From: a virus
Reading direction: 5' to 3' (one strand)
DNA length: 64,000 bases
Virus record (IMG/VR): IMGVR_UViG_3300050821_006121
Coordinates: 1 to 64,000 of that record
The translations under genes and the position numbers were made by a program. Below are positions 59,044-64,000 of the stretch, in pieces (the first letter of the stretch is position 1; each line of letters begins with the position of its first letter). The notes under the pieces were generated by a model. It saw only the letters and a program-made list of their open reading frames with translations, ran no database searches and was not told the origin of the DNA.

Positions 59044-59072
59044 ACTATAGCGGCAAACCATCCCCCAGTAAA
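59044..59072 (-). promoter_or_regulatory. Phage promoter GGGCTTTACT-N17-TATAGT
   Basis: Reverse-complement motif family member upstream of the ATG at 59002. Confidence 0.55.
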
Positions 59073-59095
59073 GCCCAAAATGGCTCAGGATATAG

Positions 59096-61678
59096 ATGGC
59101 CGTAGACCTTGACCCAATAGCCGATCCGGCCGCCGACCAGAGGACCCGCGACAGGTCCTCCCGGCTCGCGGCCTACTGGAAGGAGGCCATCGACGCTTAC
59201 AAGGACGGCAACCGCAAGTTCGTTAAGCGGGCCAACCGCATCGAGCAGCGCTACCGCGACGAGCGCAGCCGTGTTGACGAAGAGTCCCAGCGCCGTTATG
59301 CCCTGCTCTGGTCCAACACCCAGGTCATGCTGCCGGCGATTTATGGCAAGGCGCCGACGCCGATCGCGGAGCGGCGCTTCCGCGACAAGGACCCTGTCGG
59401 GAGGCAGGCCGCCCAGATGCTGGAGCGCGCCTTGAGGAACGAGGTCGAGGTCAATGGCTTCCACGACTCGATCAACCGCGCGGTCCTGGACTTCCTGCTC
59501 CCCGGCAAGGGCCAGGTGTGGGTTCGCTACGAGCCCGAGATCGAGGAGGGCGTCTCCATCCCGATCGAGGACGAGATGGACATGCGCGATACCCAGGGCC
59601 AGATCGTGCCCGACGGTGACGAGAAGGCCAACGACGAGGGCAGCGAGGACGCCCAAGACGACGCCGACCGCGAGGACCCCGACAAAATAGAGTCCGAAGA
59701 GAAGCTCCGCAACACCGGAGACCGTATCAAGCGCGAGTCGGTCCCGGTCGACTACGTCCCGTGGGGCGACTTCCTGACGTTTCCCATCCGCGCCCGCCTC
59801 TGGTCCGAGGTCGTGGCCGTCGGAAAAAGAATCCACATGTCGCGCGACCAGATGAAGCGGAGGTTCGGTGACGAGGTCGGGAAGAAAATACCGCTCCAGG
59901 GCGAGGGCCGGACCGACCGACGCCAGACCGAGACCCTGGTCCACGAGGACGAGGAGGACAAGAAGGGCGAGGTCTACGAGATCTGGTCCAGGACCGACGA
60001 GAAGGTCTACTGGGTGGCCGACGGCTACGACTTCCTGTGCGACATGAAGGACGACCCGCTGCAGCTGGAGGACTTCTTCCCGGTGCCGCGGCCCCTGCTT
60101 GCCAACGCCACCAACACGACCCTGATCCCGGTCCCGTTCTACATCCAGTACCAGGACCAGGCGATCCAGGTCGATGAGCTGACCCAGCGCATATCGATGC
60201 TGGTCAAGGCGTGCAAGGTCGCGGGCCTCTACAACGCGGCCGACAAGAACATCCAGCGCTTGCTCGACGAGTCGGTCGAGAACGAACTGATCCCGGTCGA
60301 CAACTGGGCGGCGTTCGCCGAGAAGGGCGGCGTCTCCGGCGCGATGAGCCTCCTCCCCTTAAAGGAGATCATCGGCGTCATTAACGAGCTGACCGCGGTC
60401 AAGGAGAAGGTCCTGGCCGAGGCCGACCGCATCACCGGGATAACCGACGTGATGCGCGGAACGGGCGACGCCCGCGAGACCATGGGCGGCCAGAAGCTCA
60501 AGTCCAACTCGGCCGGCACGCGGCTCACGCATTTGCAGAACGAGGTTGCCAGGTTCTGCCGCGACACGATCCGGCTCATGGCCGAGGTCATGTCGACCCA
60601 CTTCTCGCCCCAATCTTTGATCGAGGTCTCGGGCGCGCTCTACGAGGAGGGCCTGGGCTCCCCCGACATGCCCACCCTTAGTTCGCTCCAGCCTCCGCAG
60701 CCGGGAGCACCGCCCCCAGGAATGCCGCCACCGCCCCCGCAGGCCGCGTTGCCGCGACCGGGGATGCCAGCCGCCCCGGGCCAGCCGCCCGCGCCTATGG
60801 TCGCCCCTGGCGGCCCTGTGCCGCCTCCTACAGGCCAGCCTGGGATGCCCCCGGGCCAGAACGTCGTGCCTTTCCAACGCCCGGGAATGCCGGCCGTGCA
60901 GCCTCAGCCCCCGGCCGGCGTCGCGCCGCCTCAGCCGCCCGCCCCTCCTCCCATGCCGCCCGAGCTCATGGCCAAGATGGAGGGCCTCAAGAGAATTGCC
61001 GCGGCCATCGGCCTGCTGCGCGACGACAAGCTGCGTGGGTTCCGGGTCGACATCGAGGTCGACTCGACCGTCTACGGCGACGCGGCCCAGGAGAAGCAGG
61101 ACCGGATCGAGTTCGTCGAGGCCGTGACCAAGTACATCGAGACCGCGGCCCAGATCGGCGCCACGGTGCCCCAGGCCTCCCCGCTCCTTGGCAAGATGCT
61201 CCAGTTCGCCGTGCGCGGGTTCCGCGTCGGCCGCGACCTTGAGGCCGCGATCGACGACTTCTGCGACGAGATGGACAAGCTGGCCGAGCAGAAGGCCGCT
61301 GCACCGCCCCCGCCCAACCCCGAGCAGGTCAAGGCCCAGGCCGCGATGGCCACGGCCCAGTCGGACCTCCAGCAGGCCAAGATCAAGAGCCAGGCCGACC
61401 TGCAGCAGACCCAGATCAAGAGCCAGGCCGACACCCAGCAGTCCCAGGCCGAGGTCCAGCGCCAGCAGGTCGAGGCCCAGACCGACGCGGCCAACGCACA
61501 GGCCGAGATGCAGCGGACCATGCTGGACATGAAAATGCGCGCCATGGAGCAGGAGATCGAGAAGCAGAAGCTCATGCTTGAGGTCGCCAAGATGAACCAC
61601 GAGAAGCACATGGGCGCCATGGAAGCCATGAACCCGCCGCAGCCAAAACAAACAGGATCGCTGGGAGGCGCGCTTTGA
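59096..61678 (+). CDS. Portal protein with long Pro-rich and Gln-rich C-terminal extension
   Basis: ADRITGITDVMRGTGDARETMGGQKLK is a P22-type portal signature. 860 aa. Confidence 0.8.
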   Translation: MAVDLDPIADPAADQRTRDRSSRLAAYWKEAIDAYKDGNRKFVKRANRIEQRYRDERSRVDEESQRRYALLWSNTQVMLPAIYGKAPTPIAERRFRDKDPVGRQAAQMLERALRNEVEVNGFHDSINRAVLDFLLPGKGQVWVRYEPEIEEGVSIPIEDEMDMRDTQGQIVPDGDEKANDEGSEDAQDDADREDPDKIESEEKLRNTGDRIKRESVPVDYVPWGDFLTFPIRARLWSEVVAVGKRIHMSRDQMKRRFGDEVGKKIPLQGEGRTDRRQTETLVHEDEEDKKGEVYEIWSRTDEKVYWVADGYDFLCDMKDDPLQLEDFFPVPRPLLANATNTTLIPVPFYIQYQDQAIQVDELTQRISMLVKACKVAGLYNAADKNIQRLLDESVENELIPVDNWAAFAEKGGVSGAMSLLPLKEIIGVINELTAVKEKVLAEADRITGITDVMRGTGDARETMGGQKLKSNSAGTRLTHLQNEVARFCRDTIRLMAEVMSTHFSPQSLIEVSGALYEEGLGSPDMPTLSSLQPPQPGAPPPGMPPPPPQAALPRPGMPAAPGQPPAPMVAPGGPVPPPTGQPGMPPGQNVVPFQRPGMPAVQPQPPAGVAPPQPPAPPPMPPELMAKMEGLKRIAAAIGLLRDDKLRGFRVDIEVDSTVYGDAAQEKQDRIEFVEAVTKYIETAAQIGATVPQASPLLGKMLQFAVRGFRVGRDLEAAIDDFCDEMDKLAEQKAAAPPPPNPEQVKAQAAMATAQSDLQQAKIKSQADLQQTQIKSQADTQQSQAEVQRQQVEAQTDAANAQAEMQRTMLDMKMRAMEQEIEKQKLMLEVAKMNHEKHMGAMEAMNPPQPKQTGSLGGAL

Positions 61679-61845
61679 TCGACAAGGACAAGCTGAGCAA
61701 GGAAGATCGCGAGAAGCTGGAGAAGCGCGCCGACGTCATCCGTGGCTACTTCGACGAGGCCCACCTGCTCGCCGACGAGCTGCACCTAACGGCCGGGGAC
61801 ATCTTCTCCGTCGCGCTCATGCTGGCGATCATCGAAAAGCGGTGA
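61675..61845 (+). CDS. Hypothetical protein (56 aa)
   Basis: TTG start overlapping the portal stop. High GC3. Confidence 0.4.
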   Translation: MIDKDKLSKEDREKLEKRADVIRGYFDEAHLLADELHLTAGDIFSVALMLAIIEKR

Positions 61846-62051
61846 CCAACAAGGAGATCGCCCTGGTGGCGATCGACGACCGCATCGCCCAGGCCGAGGT
61901 CGCCGGGCTAAGATCGACGGTCAAGTCATGGCAGGACTACCGCAGGAACGTAGAGGCGCGGCCCGACAACGAGATCATCGTCGCGACGACGCGCTTGTCC
62001 TCTACATCAACTTCGCCCGACTCATGGTCGAGCGCGACAGGGAACGGCTAG
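61842..62051 (+). CDS. Hypothetical protein (possible 5' part of a frameshifted gene)
   Basis: GTGA-coupled start. The GC3 signal leaves this frame near 61990. Confidence 0.35.
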   Translation: MTNKEIALVAIDDRIAQAEVAGLRSTVKSWQDYRRNVEARPDNEIIVATTRLSSTSTSPDSWSSATGNG

Positions 62052-62062
62052 GATGGACGAGA

Positions 62063-62341
62063 ATGAGCAAGCTTGAGAATATAGCGGCCCGCGCGCCGAA
62101 GATCGTGGCCGACCTTGAGGCCCAGGCCGACAAGCTCGACGCGCGCCTGACCGCGCTGGAGTCCAAGGGCAACGGGGCGTTTGGCAAGTGGAACGACCAC
62201 CTCGCTGCCCAAGAGAGCGCCATAGCGGTCGCAGAGGACGCGATCAACAAGCTCTCCAACGGCGGCCCCCCTTTGGAAGATTCGCAGCCCGCCTCGCCAC
62301 CCTTTCGCCAGCCCGGCGCGGGCGGCGGCGCAGCGAGCTGA
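62063..62341 (+). CDS. Coiled-coil protein (scaffold-like?)
   Basis: ATG with AGGATGG upstream. An alternative start is at 62024. Confidence 0.45.
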   Translation: MSKLENIAARAPKIVADLEAQADKLDARLTALESKGNGAFGKWNDHLAAQESAIAVAEDAINKLSNGGPPLEDSQPASPPFRQPGAGGGAAS

Positions 62342-62415
62342 GCATGTGACGCCTAGGCCCGACAACTACACCAGGAATTATCCGACCAAGACTCACAGAT
62401 CGTAGGAGATTAGAC

Positions 62416-62694
62416 ATGACGCTTTCGCGTAGATCACTTTTTCCGTTAGCGGGACTCGCCGCGACGGGAATAACCGCAGCCGATGCATCACCGCAGTACG
62501 ATCCCACGAGCTACGGTCTGATGGTCAGACTGCGGTGGTCATATGGAAAGTGGATGGTCACAATGCCAGACTGGGATGCGATGGAGAATATGGGGTGGTA
62601 CCCAGGCATGTCGCTCATGTGGAAGCATGAGCCGTTGGAAAGGTATCTTAAACAGGTCGAAGACGCTTGTGGCCTCGTTAAGCGTGACGCATGA
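62416..62694 (+). CDS. Small protein with twin-arginine (Tat) signal
   Basis: MTLSRRSLFPLAGLAATGITAADA matches the S-R-R-x-F-L pattern plus an h-region and an AxA site. Confidence 0.55.
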   Translation: MTLSRRSLFPLAGLAATGITAADASPQYDPTSYGLMVRLRWSYGKWMVTMPDWDAMENMGWYPGMSLMWKHEPLERYLKQVEDACGLVKRDA

Positions 62695-62999
62695 TCACAT
62701 ACGTCTACCACAACGGCAAGGTCATCGACAAGGCCAAGGCGCCCGCGAAGTACTTTGCCGGGAAGGCGGCCTACGTGATATCGGACGAGATGGCACCGAC
62801 CAAGCACATGGCGAACGGGCGCACGTACACGAGCAAGCACAAATTTCGCCAGGCCACGCGCGACGCCGGCTGCGTCGAGGTCGGCAACGACCCGGCGATA
62901 CTAGGCAGGCCTCGCGCGCCCGTCGCGTTCAACCCGCACGTTCGGCGCCAGGAAATACGAGAGTCGATCAGACGACAGCTGCACGGAGGACGTGCGTAG
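62691..62999 (+). CDS. Hypothetical protein
   Basis: 102-aa ORF, ATGA-coupled. Confidence 0.55.
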   Translation: MITYVYHNGKVIDKAKAPAKYFAGKAAYVISDEMAPTKHMANGRTYTSKHKFRQATRDAGCVEVGNDPAILGRPRAPVAFNPHVRRQEIRESIRRQLHGGRA

Positions 63000-63011
63000 A
63001 CAGGAGATCAG

Positions 63012-63431
63012 ATGGGCTTTGACGATCCGGTGAAGATTCATCCGAGCTGGCAAAAAATAAAGCAAGGAGATCACGAGTTCTTATGGCAGGTTGGAGATCG
63101 TCTGACAATGATCCCGATCACGCCCCCCAAGAATTATTCTTGGCTGCGCAAGCTCTGGCTCCAGTATGCCCCGGAGTTCTGGAAACGCCACAAGAGACAC
63201 AGGTCGCATCTCAAGTTCCTCGACAACGTCGGGGTAACAGACAAGGATGGACGGAAGTACTTTGGTACTGACGGTCACATCGCAACCGAGAAGGTTCGCG
63301 TCACGCGACTACCGCCGATTGAATACAACGACTTTGATCCTCGCAGGCGAACGTCAACAGAACGACGCAACACGCTGCGGGCGATCATCAGACGAGCCAT
63401 AGACGATAACAGGCCGGACAACCCCGCCTAG
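63012..63431 (+). CDS. Hypothetical protein
   Basis: 139-aa ORF at lower GC. Confidence 0.55.
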   Translation: MGFDDPVKIHPSWQKIKQGDHEFLWQVGDRLTMIPITPPKNYSWLRKLWLQYAPEFWKRHKRHRSHLKFLDNVGVTDKDGRKYFGTDGHIATEKVRVTRLPPIEYNDFDPRRRTSTERRNTLRAIIRRAIDDNRPDNPA

Positions 63432-63443
63432 GAAAGGACCACG

Positions 63444-64000
63444 ATGAACAAGTTCTTAGACCGATTTCTCCCGTACTATGCGCCTGAGACCGAGGCCGGG
63501 CTGCCGGAGGCAGTGCCGCAGACACCACCGCCCGACGCAGGTGGTGCTGGAGAGGCCGCCACGCCGGAGCCGCGTGACGGGAAGACCGAGAAATTATCGA
63601 TCCGCCAGTCCCTGGAGAGGGGGTTCGCCGACGCCAAGCTACAGGACCCTGCGCAGAAGCCCGCGCCCAAGGCCCCCAAGGCCAAAGACAAGCCCGCCCG
63701 TGCCGCCGACGAGATGCGCGCCGAGGCCGAAGGCGCCCAGCCCGCGGAAGGCGAGGCACCGGCCGGGGAGGCTGCCGAGACTCCCGCGGAGACCGCCCCC
63801 AAGACCGCCGCGCCTGCCGCGTGGCCCAAGGAGGCAAAAGAGACGTGGGCGGCACTCCCGCCAGCGGTCCAGGCCGCCGTCCTCAAGCGCGAGACCGACG
63901 TCCAGAAGGGCGTCGACGAGCTTAAAGGAAAGTACGCCGAGATCGACGGCGCCATAGCGCCACACATCGACGCCATCAGGCGCCACGGCCACACCCCGGC
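63444..64000 (+). CDS. Ala/Pro/Glu-rich protein, 5' part (runs off the window); scaffold-like
   Basis: ATG at 63444 with SD AGGAAAGGA. The frame stays open to the window end, so it is absent from the ORF track. Confidence 0.55.
   Translation, partial: MNKFLDRFLPYYAPETEAGLPEAVPQTPPPDAGGAGEAATPEPRDGKTEKLSIRQSLERGFADAKLQDPAQKPAPKAPKAKDKPARAADEMRAEAEGAQPAEGEAPAGEAAETPAETAPKTAAPAAWPKEAKETWAALPPAVQAAVLKRETDVQKGVDELKGKYAEIDGAIAPHIDAIRRHGHTP

Noticed and set aside
59045-61651. 299-aa and 430-aa minus-strand ORFs and several alternative frames
   Set aside because: They are antisense or shadow frames of the portal gene, and their composition is that of high-GC non-coding frames.
1-64000. Integration module (integrase, att site at a tRNA) or other evidence for a prophage boundary
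   Set aside because: No integrase, recombinase or transposase motifs are visible in this window. The tRNA genes form a phage-type array rather than a host att tRNA.

Overview
This window is a 64-kb high-GC segment of a large tailed dsDNA phage or prophage. The host is probably an alphaproteobacterium: the tRNA-His has A73 and no G-1, there are DUF3489-like and HpnG-like genes, and several genes have near-leaderless starts. All calls come from reading the sequence and ORF track by eye; no tRNAscan, HMM or BLAST search was run.

Layout:
- 1-10.3 kb (+): ejection protein with an SLT domain, tail fibres, and a lysis cluster (RlpA-like protein, GH25 endolysin, membrane proteins).
- 11.7-15.5 kb (-): early operon with an SNF2 helicase, a metallophosphoesterase and a GIY-YIG endonuclease.
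- 16.05-20.15 kb (+): array of 36 hand-folded tRNA genes whose anticodons cover all 20 amino acids, interrupted by an HNH and a GIY-YIG homing endonuclease.
- 20.2-22.2 kb (+): three tandem Y-RNA-like ncRNAs, one with a permuted tRNA-like domain, directly upstream of a Ro60/Rsr (TROVE+vWA) gene.
- 22.2-36.2 kb (+): replication and modification module. It holds an SSB-like protein, an AEP primase, a UDP-galactopyranose-mutase homologue, three DNA methyltransferases, a Bcs1-like AAA+ ATPase, a UvrD-like helicase and a family A DNA polymerase.
- 36.2-46.0 kb (-): about 30 small early genes, including a VRR-NUC nuclease, an RHH protein, a DnaQ-like exonuclease, a HAD phosphatase, endonuclease VII and several Cys-rich proteins.
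- 46.4-64 kb (+): NusG-like factor, CspA-like protein, small genes, a beta-helix tailspike, small and large terminase subunits split by an HNH gene, signal-peptide fibre-like proteins and the portal.

Recurrent non-coding structure:
- A promoter motif, GGCTTTAC(T/G)-N16/17-TAnnnT, recurs at 12 or more sites.
- A 160-bp inverted repeat marks both divergent junctions, at 15.6 kb and 46.1 kb.
- Three antisense moron-like genes sit inside the structural modules.

The most interesting signals are the tRNA array with the Y-RNA/Ro60 block, the mutase homologue in the replication module, and the inverted-repeat promoter architecture.
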